Part shown: in pieces, positions 1 through 13,573 of the stretch | How the letters are laid out: every line of letters starts with the position of its first letter | How positions within the stretch are numbered: position 1 is the first letter of the stretch | Source of the DNA: Tubulanus polymorphus | Lineage: Eukaryota > Animalia > Nemertea | Direction of reading: 5' to 3' | NCBI RefSeq assembly: GCF_964204645.1 | Contig: NC_134025.1 | Coordinates: 1,364,001 to 1,428,000 of the forward strand | Length of the DNA: 64,000 nt | The notes under the pieces: generated by a model | What the model was told of the DNA's origin: nothing | The model's input: only the letters and a program-made list of their open reading frames with translations | Databases searched by the model: none | Made by a program: the position numbers and the translations under genes

Positions 1-2787
1 TTTGATTACTATCCTTATCACACTACCGACAAGTCAAACCTCAACACCACCGACAAGTCAAACCGACTTTAAACAACAATTTCTCATATTTTTATCCCAT
101 GAAATTACAATTGAGACTTGCGTGGTGCACTCGGTCTACAGCTCAATTCACATCTAGTCTCGAGGGTTCGCAACTCGAGAAGTTGAGGTTGCTAAATCTC
201 AGTCCAGTTCATTTATGAATTATAAGCAATCAGTGAAATTACGACTGGTTTTGCGAATGGAGGGAATCTCTGGAGAGAGGACGAGAGAGGGGGGTCTAGG
301 TAATTGATCGGATATTGACAGTTGTTAATAGATTATTGGTAATAGTTTATTGAAGCGTGACAATAGATACAGCTCTACTGTAATACGCCGTAATACACCT
401 CACGCAATGTCTACATCAAATCAGTATTTTGATAGTTAATCAATTAAAACTGTTTCCTTCAAATCTCTCAGGCTCGAAATCAGTCAATGAGTAATCGAAG
501 ATATTCATCGAATTCATTAGAAATATCACGTTATAAATCGGGATCCAGTTCCCTCTTTAACAGTTTAAAATTCACTCTACGGTTGACTAGAAAATGAACT
601 AATTCTATAAAAGTTAAACTTTAAAACAACAACAGTTGAATCGAGTTCTGAGGTTTGATGATACAAAAACCATAATCTGATAATGTTATTGACCACGCGC
701 TTCTTTATCAAATCCTGATTCATGAAAAATGAACGAATTCTTACATTTTCAACTAGAAAATTCTTCAGAACTCGGGGAATTTTTTGTAATGGCAGAAAGT
801 GGCCACCCTGCTGTAGTGTTCTTTCTTTTTGAGTCCCAATTTCTATTTCCAATTCAATTTATTAAGCGTACATGTGATCAGTGAGATTAGTTGTCGATAT
901 AACGATTCTACCTGTGACGTCTCTAAATGAGTTTCTCTGTAATTAGAAAATTGCCTCTGATCATAATAACGATATCAATGGTTTACATCATTGATCGGTG
1001 TCTGACGAATAAAGTAGTTAATTTTCCAATTACGTTGTCGTCTTTTTGATGGCTTTAATTAGGAAAAGATTCAATAATTTCCTGTTGAAATGTGAGCGTA
1101 ATTTTTCTAGATGTACTCGATGACTATCACAGCTCTTCTTCGAGACTCTCTCACTCCTCTCTCCTCTCTCTCCACGCTGCCGGCTACTCTTCAATCAGAT
1201 GTGTGAAAACTACATTCGCTATGAAATATAATTAAGTTCGTTTTATGATGTTTTATCTTTTGAAGCGATCGGTCGCCTGTGGTGTGGATATTTCATTGAT
1301 CCTCGGGGCTCACTGACTGTAATCACATCTCGCGCTGTGGGTGGCTTTTTTTTACCTGCCAAGTTTGTTACGAGAATGGCACCATTTTCTTTCAGATGTT
1401 TTGTTGCTCCCTTTGAAAAAAAATCAATTTTAGGAATTTATTTGGGTCAATGAGAAAATTGCGTTTCAATGATCTCTAAACAGTGAGTCGTTTTTTGATA
1501 TTGATGCGTAGTTTTTCGTGATCTAGTAAAGGTTCATTAGAGTCGCGTATAAACTGGTTTGAAGGTCTTTCAGTGCTTTAAAACTAAGCTCCACTCTTAA
1601 AAATCAGTATCGTAAGAAAGTTTGTAGTTCTCGACCGCGCCTCATCTTTTCAATACAATATTTCTTCAATATTCAGGTTGTGAAGTGATTTCCATTTGGT
1701 TCCTGCAGCTGGAAACTGAATGGATATATAAGATTCCCTTCATCACATCTCGCTTGTTGTACTTCAGTGCTCATTTTGGGGTGTTCCTTTTTCAGTGCAT
1801 ATAACCACTTTGACATGTGTATTTCGGCTCGTGCGCTGGTTGCACAGCTTAGATTGAAGACTTAGTCTCGATGTTCATCTCGCTTCTATAGTCGATCTAA
1901 CAACTTTAGGACTTTTGAAAGAGATGGTTAATGCAACTCGGGCCAGGTTCATTCGTTTCTTTGTAAACATTTCAAGATTTAGTCTTAGAAATTTCATCGA
2001 AAGCTCGGACATTAGAGAAGTGACTAGAGAGCATGTACTGATTTATGAGTATATAAAGCTTACCTGGTTATTCCTAGAAACTACCGAGATGCACTATTTT
2101 TTGCTGTCAGAGCGAAAGATTGTTTCTGACATTCACAACGCTTAGCGTTTACTATATGTGTACTCACTAGCACCACTATAATATACTCAGTATCATTATC
2201 TTCACTCGGTTTCTTTTCATCTTACGTATTTTTCTCTTTACAAACACAAGCATCATTATCTTTCAGAGCTGTTCACATTCTCTATGCGTATGCACTATTT
2301 CAGGGCAAACGATACGAAATCTTTACACCTCGAAAACTCGAGAAAATTATTCATCGATTTCGACGCGACGACATGAAATTAGTTTTGAAATGTTTTCACT
2401 GAAATGTCTGAAAAGTTATGAGGAATTTAATCAGTAGCAGCAGGGATGTTTGTAAAGGGGTGTAATACATGATTCTAAACGGTGTTATCTCACATATAGA
2501 CCCACAACAACTTTACCAGTTTGTTACAATTTATAGCCGATGCTCATGTTGCCTTCCAGCATCATTTATCTCCGCTTCCCTAATGGTTTTTACCTGGCCC
2601 CGGAGATGTATAACAGTCCGTCATTATATAGTTATAGCCCGGAAAATGAGACATTTGTTTTGTATGTCAGCTCTATTAGTTACAGATCAAATACATGACT
2701 TTGTCTCAATAAACGAGTGTTTATTGTCATCCTGTTAGGTGATAAAACATGTCTGATAGCTCACTGCATCCAGCTCCAGCTGCTCCA

Positions 2788-2788
<1 letters not shown>

Positions 2789-2830
<42 letters not shown>
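2789..2830. repeat. (CTG)14 microsatellite
   Basis: Direct read. Confidence 0.95.
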
Positions 2831-5800
2831 ACCTTGTGACCAATCTTCCCCTATTTGAATCATGCAGTTGACCTGATCGGTTTCCATATAAAAACCGGTC
2901 TCTTCTGATTTACCAATATTAAAAGCACAGTTTTCTCCGAAACAAGTCAATCTTCTCTGCTCACATTTCACGGGTAATTTAACAATAGCTACCTGATCAT
3001 TACTCATTGCTGGCTATTACTCTCCTCCTCTCAGTGCGAGGTCAACACACATCAAGGTTCATAGATTTTTTATTAGTTTTGTTAAGGCGTTTCCATTAGA
3101 TATCACTATTTTTAGTCGGAGCTCTGAAGTTGTTGGTCTTATTTTGAAGTGTTCTAATAATGGAAAAATCTGCCGTGACACTTTACCAACATCCTCTTCA
3201 GATTTACCTCCGAGCTACTTCCATCATTAGACATTCTCTTAGAATATTCAGCTTTTTTCAGACATCTATTGGTTCTCGAGGATCTTTTTTAAATAGGTTT
3301 TGTCGTCTACGAACATCTGCTTGTCATCCCAAATATTGTCATCGCTCGGTCACTCTATTCATGAAGATTGCAATGTTTCAATTGATTTTATCGATTTTAC
3401 CTCGAGAAGCAACAGAAATTGAGTAGACTTTAATTATACTTTGATTTCAGTCAACTTTTTCTACGACTATTTGATATGTTGTTATTTATAAGATATGAAG
3501 GTTCCCTTATTACTATTATTATACTTAGTTGAATGCATCACATGTATTCTAATAAGATAAATGTATTTTATGATTTCTATAAGTTTAAACAGTATTTGAT
3601 AATTCATGATTCTAACTATATCATATCGGTTTGACTTTCACTGATTGTGATAGGTCGGAAGCTGGTCACCTGATATGAACAAACATGCCAAACCTTGTAT
3701 TATAGGTAGAACTGGAGTCAAATTCAACTCATACAACTGTGCTAGAGTTAGTTAGACATGACATGTATAATTGTTATAAATTGAAAACAAGTTTTTTTTC
3801 TCCTTACAACCACTTGTTTTGATATCCTTGTACTGTTGAGAAAACGCAGCAGTATCTAGACCACCAGAAACAACCGCTGAAAACTATTCTACCCCCTGAC
3901 TGCGATGACGACTCAACTCTGTTTTTGTATTGTCAATATCATTATTAGCTCCTATTCCGGAGTCAGTCAAATCAAATCAATCAATCAATCAATCAATCAG
4001 TATTAACTCGGTCAAAAACAATCTGATTTTAACTTGTCAAGCTGAACGTAGATTTGCGGAGCTGGCTCCCGAATAATTGATAGTTAAACGTTAAGTTGTA
4101 GATTGAAAAAGTGCACGGCCGTGAAACATAGATTTTGTGCGTGAATTGTAAACCAGGTGATCGTATTGTAATTAGCCTCATCAAGCCTGTGCTATTTGCT
4201 GCACTCGCATTCTGTGCATTTTGGGTGAAAGATTGGCACGCAAAGTACTGAGTATAACACCGAGGTGTTATCACTATAAATATGTTACATCTTATTTATT
4301 CATAACAATTAGCGCCGCTAAAGAATTTCTGATATACCTCAAGAGAAACTCCTGCTAGTGTGTTTAGTCAATAAGATACCCCCCCTCCCTCCCCACCAGC
4401 CGGGACAAGCATTATACCATCAACCAATAGTTCAACTACGTAAGTTGAATATTACGTATTTTGGGATATCAAATTCATTCAATTTTTTTCTATGTTTATA
4501 ATGAATATGACTGTATGTACGTTAGCGAGTGCTGCTGCTGATTGTCCCCGATTATCAGTATTTTGTTTTGACCCTAGGCCTTACCATACATGACTGAGAA
4601 ATAATGATTTCATTTATTTGATGCATAAAGACTGGGGGTCTTACTTCATTTATTTTTGAACATTTTCAATTTGCCCATGTAGGGATTAGTAGCGCTTGAA
4701 AACTCGAGTTTTTTGGCGACGTAGAAAGAATCAGTGCATTTCATCATTGTAATAATGCACCTTGTTTTCGCATAGAACTTCATAATAAACAAGCATTGAA
4801 GACGCTTTAAGAGACATTTATACAGAATGCTCCTCGTCTGATTATTACTTCATTGTTTGCTTTTCTTATTGTACACTGACAAATGGCCTATATAAATAAA
4901 ATTTATTTTTACTCTCCCGGATTTTTCGAGCCGACTTTGTCGTTTTTTTCTTCCGTTTCATTGAGTGTGAAAGGGAGTGATTTTATGAGCGAGTCTCGTA
5001 GAACCGAATTCAATTCTATTCAAACTCGAAAAATAGAAAAGATTTAAACGTTATTTGGCTGGAATTCTTTACATTTATTCAATTAATATACAAATTATGA
5101 TTTGAATGGATGAATGAAGATTAACTCCCAGGATCGTATTAGAAAAAACTAAAACATTGTATGAAATATATGAGCCATGAGTGTTCTGTGTATATGGTAT
5201 GTTCGGGCCGCAGAAGACTAATAGACTAATGTCTGCTCGATTTATACAATTCTACATAGTCTCTTCTGGGATGTGAGCTCCTCCATTTTCAAAGTCCGGT
5301 GGTATTCCAGTTTGCCTTTAAGTTTCTAATCAAGCAAACACATGAAAAAATTGAATTAAACATCCATTTTTAATAGTGAAATCAGATATTTTCTTGTATG
5401 CTGTCGGGATAGTTCCGTTTCAATTTTTACTACAAAAAAAACCAGGACTCTAAAATACTGCCTAAATAGAGTTTTATATATCTGAATAATCTGCATTCCA
5501 CATTCTACTACTGACAATTACTCTATAGGCCTACGTAATTAATCTATTGATAAAATGATAATAATTTGTTCATCTTGCACAATCACGGTGTAATGCAGTA
5601 AAGTTATTTATCATGTCAGAACACGTCGATTCTTGTGTGGGTTTTGACTCGATTGTGTCTGTGGATGTTTTTGATAATTCAGTTTCATCTGATAGGATGA
5701 TATCGTCGACTGGTTGCGCAATCAATTGACTCATGTCTATCGGGTCATTCATTCTGTTGCGCCACTGCGTGTAATTACAAACTAGTAGCTGAAAAAACGA

Positions 5801-6458
5801 AGTCGTGTGATGAGACGTTTTGCTGACACTGGAGACTAAATGGTTGCAGACTTATTGATCACAGTTGCTCATTCAGATAATGTGTTCGCTACTTGTTCTA
5901 TACCTCAATGATGTTGACTAGACTTGTGTTCAATATGTCGTATTCTCATGGCATTCGTGACTTATTCGTATGACACAGTTTTTCATTAATGATCGAAGCA
6001 ACAGTTTATTTATTTCGATACTAGCAGCTCTATTCATTAACTATTCATTAACTATTGAACCGCTGGCGAAATGTAGCGGCTTCTCAAATTTTTTGCCCAG
6101 TTTTTATCAATGGTTCCCTAAAGACGTTCTGTTTTGTACATAATATTATGAATTCAAACCGTTCGGGAATTCGATGAATATGGTTACTTCCACTTCTATG
6201 AAAACTCATTTTTTTAATGAAAAGTTTCCGATGCTGTAAAGACGTGTGTTTCATGTTCGTGTGTTTCATGTTCGTGTGTTTCATGTTCGAATGCACCACA
6301 CGTTATTTCTGAGAGGATTTCGATGTAGTTTCTACAGGTGTTTGTCGACATTTTATTATTCATTAAGAGTTTGATATAACAACCAGTTTCAAATCACCTG
6401 CCGGAACCAGATCCTGTGTTTCTAAACAGGGCGCTAGACAAGATGGATCCAGTTCCAT

Positions 6459-6727
6459 GTTAACTCAGAAACTTAGGATCCAGTTCCACAGTGTTGTGAG
6501 TGAAAGTTAACTCAGAAACTTAGGATCCAGTTCCACAGTGTTGTGAGTGAAAGTTAACTCAGAAACTTAGGATCCAGTTCCACAGTGTTGTGAGTGAAAG
6601 TTAACTCAGAAACTTAGGATCCAGTTCCACAGTGTTGTGAGTGAAAGTTAACTCAGAAACTTAGGATCCAGTTCCACAGTGTTGTGAGTGAAAGTTAACT
6701 CAGAAACTTAGGATCCAGTTCCACAGT
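6459..6727. repeat. 47-bp minisatellite, ~5.7 perfect copies
   Basis: Unit GGATCCAGTTCCACAGTGTTGTGAGTGAAAGTTAACTCAGAAACTTA; GGATCC at 6476, 6523, 6570, 6617, 6664, 6711. Confidence 0.95.
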
Positions 6728-9378
6728 TATGAGACCAAGATCAGTGCAGGGGATTAAAAGCCTGTATCAAGTAGATTTTCAATAGGTCACTAAGGTCAGA
6801 AAAAGGGGGTTCGAACCCACTAAACCCTCTCTTGATCTGTCATTGTTATACTGCAATTACAGGACGATCATTTGACTATTTGAGGACCCAGAATTCTTGA
6901 AAATATTAAGTCATGATCAGTACATTTGATGAGGTTTTTAAGTTTTGCTGATTTGTGAATTGAGTGAATCCGCCTTCTATATCACAGTGACTGAGGGCTA
7001 AAAGTAAAAGGTTGTGCGTTGATTGATGAGGTGATATTTGTGAGGATTCTAGTGAAGTATTATGAATGTTACGGTGTATCACAAGGTGATTGTCTGTTTC
7101 CTGCCTGTTAATGACACAGTCGTGTGTTATAATTAGCGTTGAGTGAGAGACACATCCATTAACACCTCATTAACGACTCTTAAACTGAAATACACGATTC
7201 CCGACCAAACACATTTCAAACTCATTTCCTATAAATAACTGTTAAACCCTGTTATTACATGTTTTATAGATTGACGGTAGACAAATATTTTATCATTAGA
7301 CTCGGCGTTGATGTCGAGACCAATTTGATGAAATAACACCTTATAACTTACACGTTAAAAATACCCAATCTGATCAAAAATTAAAAAACACATCATTTCT
7401 GACTCTTTCTAGAGGCCATCTGTACGAAACATATCTTTTAAATTTTGATTGATAGATAAATTTTCTTTTCGTTTATTTGATTTTAATCTAGATGAGCTAC
7501 TTTTCATGACCGAATGTAAGGACTATTCTATCTGTATGAATTGCTGAACTACATTTTGTAATGTTTTCGACCCATTCCGTAGACAGCTCCTTGTAAAACT
7601 GCGTTCGATATTCTGAGAAAGTAGATTTGCATATAATCTGTGTTGATGAGAAAGGTAACTATGGAATTAAGGCGCGAAGCTTTGTTTTATGTTGTCATTA
7701 ATGACTGCATGTAGGCGTAGGTCTGTCTACTGCTGATAAATCACTGGTCAATGAATGCTGATTCTACTCAGAGCTTCTATCATAAGTGCATTTTCTCAAA
7801 TGGAGCGCAATAAGCTGAATTTCATCGCTTCGTCCTTCGGTGTATCAAACCAAACCAAAACTACTCGGCCATCTAATTGTGAATAATAGGGCTGCCTGGA
7901 TTCTGCGCCCCTTCGGTCCCGACCCTGCACCCCTTCAGCCTGGTCCTGCGCCCATTTCGATCTGCAACTCGCACCTCTTGGCCTGCGACCGATATCCTTC
8001 GAGACATTCAATACTTGATCAGCATTCTTCCAATTAATGATTGTTCACACTTCGCACTAAAAATGATGGATGTCTGACTGATTGAGCGCTTCTAGGATGA
8101 AGATTGATACTTGCTTGAGTTCAGTGGTTTTAAATGATTTTTTTTATCCGAGGGCTAAAGACGATAGGAGTCTCGAGCCTAATCATCAGACATAATGACT
8201 TCACTTTATTCGCGTGTATAAGCAGTAGATAGTGTTTCTAAGATCGCCGAAGTATTTGATATTCATCTCGTATAAAATGATAGGAATCTTTAGTAGTCGA
8301 ATACCAGACCAACAAACGGGACAACAACACAAGACATCCTGCATATACTGCCTATTAACACTGTCCTTATTAGGATACAGCTAATAAAACATGATCAATT
8401 AGAGTCAGAGTTTATCGACTGTTTCTGTGATAATGAGCAGCAATACACGACACACACAAACTGAACACAACATCTTCTCTACTTCTATACGCAATTTATC
8501 ACTTTATATTCAGGGGAAGATTTAGGGGTTGGTTTTAGGGGTCTGGGCCTCTACTCTCATTAACGTGGCTCTTTGTGAATACAGAAATTGTTTTAAGCTG
8601 CACATTTGACACGGATCTTCTTGGAAATTGCATTTTTGCGTATGTGTATTGTAAGAATTTGCAATGCGGAAGAGGAAGCCTATCGCGGAATGTCCATCTT
8701 TTTTTTATGCGGACCCACACTTTCTTATTATCTGTCCGAGGAAATGAACTAATTCCTGATAGGATTATAGTGTGTATAGTTAGTTATATATTGTAGTAAA
8801 GTATGAAATGATGTCAAGGGTTTCAATCTTCAGGTATTCCCTATCTATTACACTAGATTAGATATACCCGCTTACTACAATACACGTATTTGTTCAAAGA
8901 CTTCATAAAACTACCATTATTACATATGACCTGAAGATCTTACGAAATCGACGTGAAATTTTCTGAATTTTTCTCGTCTTACACGGCGTATCATTTTCAT
9001 ATAAATGCGTGGTGTTAGTTTTATTGCCCGAGAATGATTTTGAAGTTGTGTTCGGTATCTGAGAATGTAAGCGGGGAATGTAAGCTTAGATAACGGTCAT
9101 TATCCGTACAGATAAGTGTTGAATGATTCGTATAAACTCTGTATACATTTATGACCACTTTCTACGTGTAGTTTTATCACCTTTATCCACGAAGAGAAAA
9201 ATAACTCGTACATTTATTGATGCCTTATAAAAATTACATAAATATCGCTTGATATTTTCATCAATGAATAACATGATTTTAACGACGTAATATTTGCGTA
9301 TCAATAAAGTTATTCCGTATTTGAATTTGAATATACCAACGATTGAATGAATTGAATTGACTGTGATCAGTCTAGCTG

Positions 9379-9717
9379 CATCCTCCCCCGGCAGGGATTC
9401 GAACCTGATGGCATCGAGATTGCCACGGCACGAAACCCTGCCATAATCGACCGTGTGCGCAGATACATGCGCAGTTCAGATGATGTGATTTTTAGCCAAT
9501 CAGAAATCCCGTTTTATTTTAGCCAGGGTTTTCCCATTTATAGTTCTTCCTTGAAATTTGCCTCAACGATTATACAACGAGCAATCTGATTGGTGCTGCC
9601 AGTTTTCGTTCGGAAAGCTGCGCATGTACCTGCGCACCCGGTCTACTGATGCAGGGGTTCGTGCGGTGGCTGAGTGTAGCGATGCCATCAGGTTCGAGTC
9701 CCTGCAGAGGGAGGATG
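9379..9717. mobile_element. ~340-bp foldback MITE with tRNA-like arms, copy 1
   Basis: Ends CATCCTCCCCCGGCAGGGATTCGAACCTGATGGCATCG / CGATGCCATCAGGTTCGAGTCCCTGCAGAGGGAGGATG are inverted; internal inverted CCAATCAGA motifs; homologous to 27722-28056 and 40375-40695; flanks GTCTAGCTG/AACTAGCCG match only 6/9. Confidence 0.85.
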
Positions 9718-9921
9718 AACTAGCCGAATTGATGAGATAGTATTCCTACCCATCATCCACTCTCTCACACATTACTACTCCTTCAATTGCATTCTTGTTA
9801 CAGTTTTTACGGCATTATAAAAAATACTGCATTAAAATTCAGTCCTTCACCTTGAACTTGGAAGAAACTTTTTAAAGAAGATTGAAAAGGTTTCCGTGAG
9901 CTAATATTACTATAGTCATCT

Positions 9922-10049
9922 TCAGTCATGGCTTAGACTTAAGACCAGTCTAAGACCAACTTAGTTCTATAGCCAATCTAACAACTAAAGATCAGTCTTA
10001 AGATTTAAGACCACTTTTGGACTTAAGTCACGACTGTGCAACTGGCCCC
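9922..10049. mobile_element. Short hairpin MITE remnant
   Basis: CAGTCATGGCTTAGACTTAAG ... GACTTAAGTCACGACTGTGCAACTGGCCCC imperfect inverted ends; a related end (CTTTAAGTCATGACTGTGTATCTGGGCC) lies near 36729-36757. Confidence 0.55.
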
Positions 10050-13000
10050 ATGAACTGAAAATGACTGTTAGGATATTAATCGAAATGACTAGAAAATAAA
10101 TAATTAATCAAAGGAAACATTTTTGTGGATCCACTTTTCTTTTCTGAGCGTCAGGATTTTCTATTTTCCGTGATCTTATGAAAGTGATTTCAATGTACAA
10201 TCAGTTCATTAATGATAATACGTGAACATCTTGTAACAGGAACTGATCATAGAACTAACTCTACAGAAGTTCAATCGTAGGAAACATGTTTGAAAGTTGT
10301 TAGGTACATCAGGATTAATGGCTTATTAGCTCTAGTAACAAATGTTTACAACTAAATGTTCCCTATACAGATCTTATAGTAACGGCTACATCAGTCCTCG
10401 TATTACTAACTACAAAACCGACTCAGATCAATCTTTTCTGGCATCAGTTTTTTTTCTATAATTGATGTATATATTATTCAATTGAGGATGTATGATGATT
10501 TGAATGATTCCCTCGAGATTTGAATATAGTTGTGTCTGTCACTGTCTGCGGAATTCAATACCATACATATTACGTATCTGTAGATGTAATTGTAGTTATT
10601 TCATTCTAACATAACAACCAAAGAATTATGTCATTCCAAAGCAAGGCCAAGTAGCCAGTTCCTGTATGATTACTTGTGTTATAGTTATGATAAGAATCAT
10701 ATATTTCCACGTGGGCTGAAATTGCACTGAAAAACCTTCGGCCAACTCAATGCCAAGGTCGCGACATCATGAGATCCATGAATTAAGGTGTTTATTAACA
10801 TGTCATTGTCGTTTAAGTCAAATCAATCTTGAGATACTAGATACAGTAAACTCTGCGCTTACCACGGAGCGGATTGCCTCTGATAATCACGGGCCTCGGA
10901 CTCGGCTGATTGCCTTGGATTATCAAAATTTTTCGTATAAAGATTCATGTAAAGGCTGAATCCCATCGTTGCTCGAACTGCCCCGGTATTTGAGTAACTC
11001 TGAGAGTATTCATCGGTCCTGCGAGATCTGAGCAAAGCAAGAGTCTACTATATTTCAATTCAATATCTATATCGAAGACTTAAAATTAAAAGTTTCCTGA
11101 AACCACGACGTTTCTGAACAACCATCATTGTTTTTTCATTGTGTATCAAAAAATTTCAATTCATATTTGGGCTTTTGATTTATATAGAATAGAAATAGAA
11201 TTCGAAGGGAGATTTGTTTGTTAGAAGCGTTTAAGAAATAGAATGAAAAACTGAATTATACAAACTTACAGGAGAAGTTGAAGAGTTAGTTATAGTAAGA
11301 AGCACCTGTGTTTGAGTATTGAATCTATGACATATCCCAGGTGAACAGTTTTACTGATAATCCAGATTCTTTAGGGTTATTCTATCAGGTTTTTTCTATC
11401 CACTGCTCGTGTGTTTTATTCTTAGCCGTTTCAATACTGTAAATAGCCAGGAAATATTGTCTTGATAGAAACCACTGACGAGAGTCGAGTTTTACTGAAT
11501 GAAACCACTTATATTTTACGATCAGATGACTCGTCGGTCAGTGCCCGGTCAGTGCCCGGTCAAACTGTCATCATTTTTCTTTAATAATCTCTCAATCAAT
11601 GATCCATGAATATTGATTTGTTATTGATGGTCATGTTATTGGATTAATATGATCAATTACATTCAATATTCTCTTCTAAGGGGTTTCTAAAAGGTGGAAA
11701 CGCGTCATTTCACCGACCCTGCTCAATACAAATATCATAAAATACAATAATCATTATTTGCATAGAACATCATAAACATGTAACAATACAATTAGTTGTA
11801 TAATACTCAGCCTATCCCGGGACAGTTCAAACACTTCAGATAACACTGTTAGTTCAGGCCCATACCTGACTACGGTCTTTAGAGGGAGTCCGAAAAAGTC
11901 ATGACGTCTTTAAATTTTTAATTTAATTTCTTGATGAATAAATTTCGTTTATAATCTTTAATTTTAATCTTATAATCTCCGGTGATTCTAGTATGAGGCA
12001 GGATTCCTACGTTATTTCAATAGTTTCTGATGTGTTATTTCTATGTAATTGTGATATTTTCTCAGACTGATTGTCGTCACCACTCAGCGTGTCTGATCAT
12101 CTGATTGTCTGTTTCGGTCGATATCTTACACTAAACCACGTTTAATCACGTCTATAATCCCTGCTATGTTATTGATTGCCATCCCTCGCCTGACTCGTCC
12201 CCTCAACCAATTCATCAATTGTTACTTTTTACTTAAAAGCATTTTGCTTCTCGGATTACATTTTTTTCTAGCCACAAACATGCAACTAAATGCTTCCATA
12301 CAACAGACTTGCGGTTAATGGTTTTATAATAAAATGTTTCAACATCTTTTAGACGCTTAAGGCGCGTGTAAATCTGCCTTGCGTCTTATTGCAACCCGAT
12401 TCTCTGCGACCACCATCATGATGCCGTGAGTCGCACGTGTTCTATTTTCTGCAACGAGATGAAATCGTCTCGCCAAGTCGCCGCGACTGATTTACCCTGC
12501 TCTTGCGACCAACAAGTCGCACACTCACAGATAATCGCATCTTATTCGACCTACACGGCCATTTGCGACCAGTTGCAAATGGCTGTGTCACGTTGCAAAC
12601 AGTCACAAGTCGACCGACGTTTGCCGTCAGATCTTGCATTGAATCTTGCATATGAATTGCTGAAATCAAAATGAAACGATCAAATCAATTTTTGTGTTAC
12701 AGCCCTCAGTAAGTAAACAGAATTTATGTATTGTGAAGTGAACTAGAAAATGAAAGGTGAAATCGAATGGGTTTTCGTCTGAAGTTTTTGCTTTGATCGA
12801 CTGCTGTGTGAGGTCCATTTCTTACTTTCGGTAAAAACGATTAATTAAATCAACACGACTTTATTTCATCCGGATATTCCAGGAGAATTTTTTTCATGAA
12901 AATTTACAATTTTTTTGTTGCTGTGAACGAATGTATTATAATTATATCAGGGATGATGCGTTACTGCGTAAAACTATAGTAATGTAATTTGTGTGTAGAA

Positions 13001-13123
13001 TGTTTGCTGATAAGAAAATCCCAGAGGAATAATTCTAACTATTAACACTTCATTATTATACACTGAAATACTAGTAACATAACAACATAGAATCATAGAG
13101 ACAACAAACCAACAGCAGAACAA

Positions 13124-13573
13124 ACGAACCATCCTCTCAGGTAGAACCGTACTCTCAGGTAGAACCCTCCTCTCACTGCACCTTCACCACCGGTAGAACC
13201 CTCCTCTCACTGCACCTGCACCACCGGTAGAACCATCCTCTCACTGCAGCTGCACCACCGGTAGAACCATCTCACTGCACCTGCACTGCTGGTAGAACTG
13301 TCCTCTCACCACACCTGCACCACCGGTAGAACCATCCCTGCACCTGCACCACCGGTAGAACCGTCCTCTCACCGCAGCTGCACCACCGGTAGAACCGTCC
13401 TCTCACCGTACCTGCACCACCGGTAGAACCGTCCTCTCACCGCACCTGCACCACTGGTAGAACCGTCCTCTCACCGCACCTGCACCACCAGTAGAACTGT
13501 CCTCTCACTGTTCCTGCACCACCGGTAGAACTGTCGTCTCAGGTAGAACCGTCCTTTCACCGCACCTGCACCA
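13124..13573. repeat. ~34-bp minisatellite, ~12 degenerate copies
   Basis: Unit CCGGTAGAACCGTCCTCTCACCGCACCTGCACCA. Confidence 0.92.

Noticed and set aside
5570-5752. 60-aa minus-strand ORF as a gene
   Set aside because: Short, no recognisable motif and no supporting splice partners.
9651-9705. Bona fide tRNA gene in the MITE arm
   Set aside because: Too short, with no anticodon arm or complete cloverleaf; it is part of a repeated inverted element.
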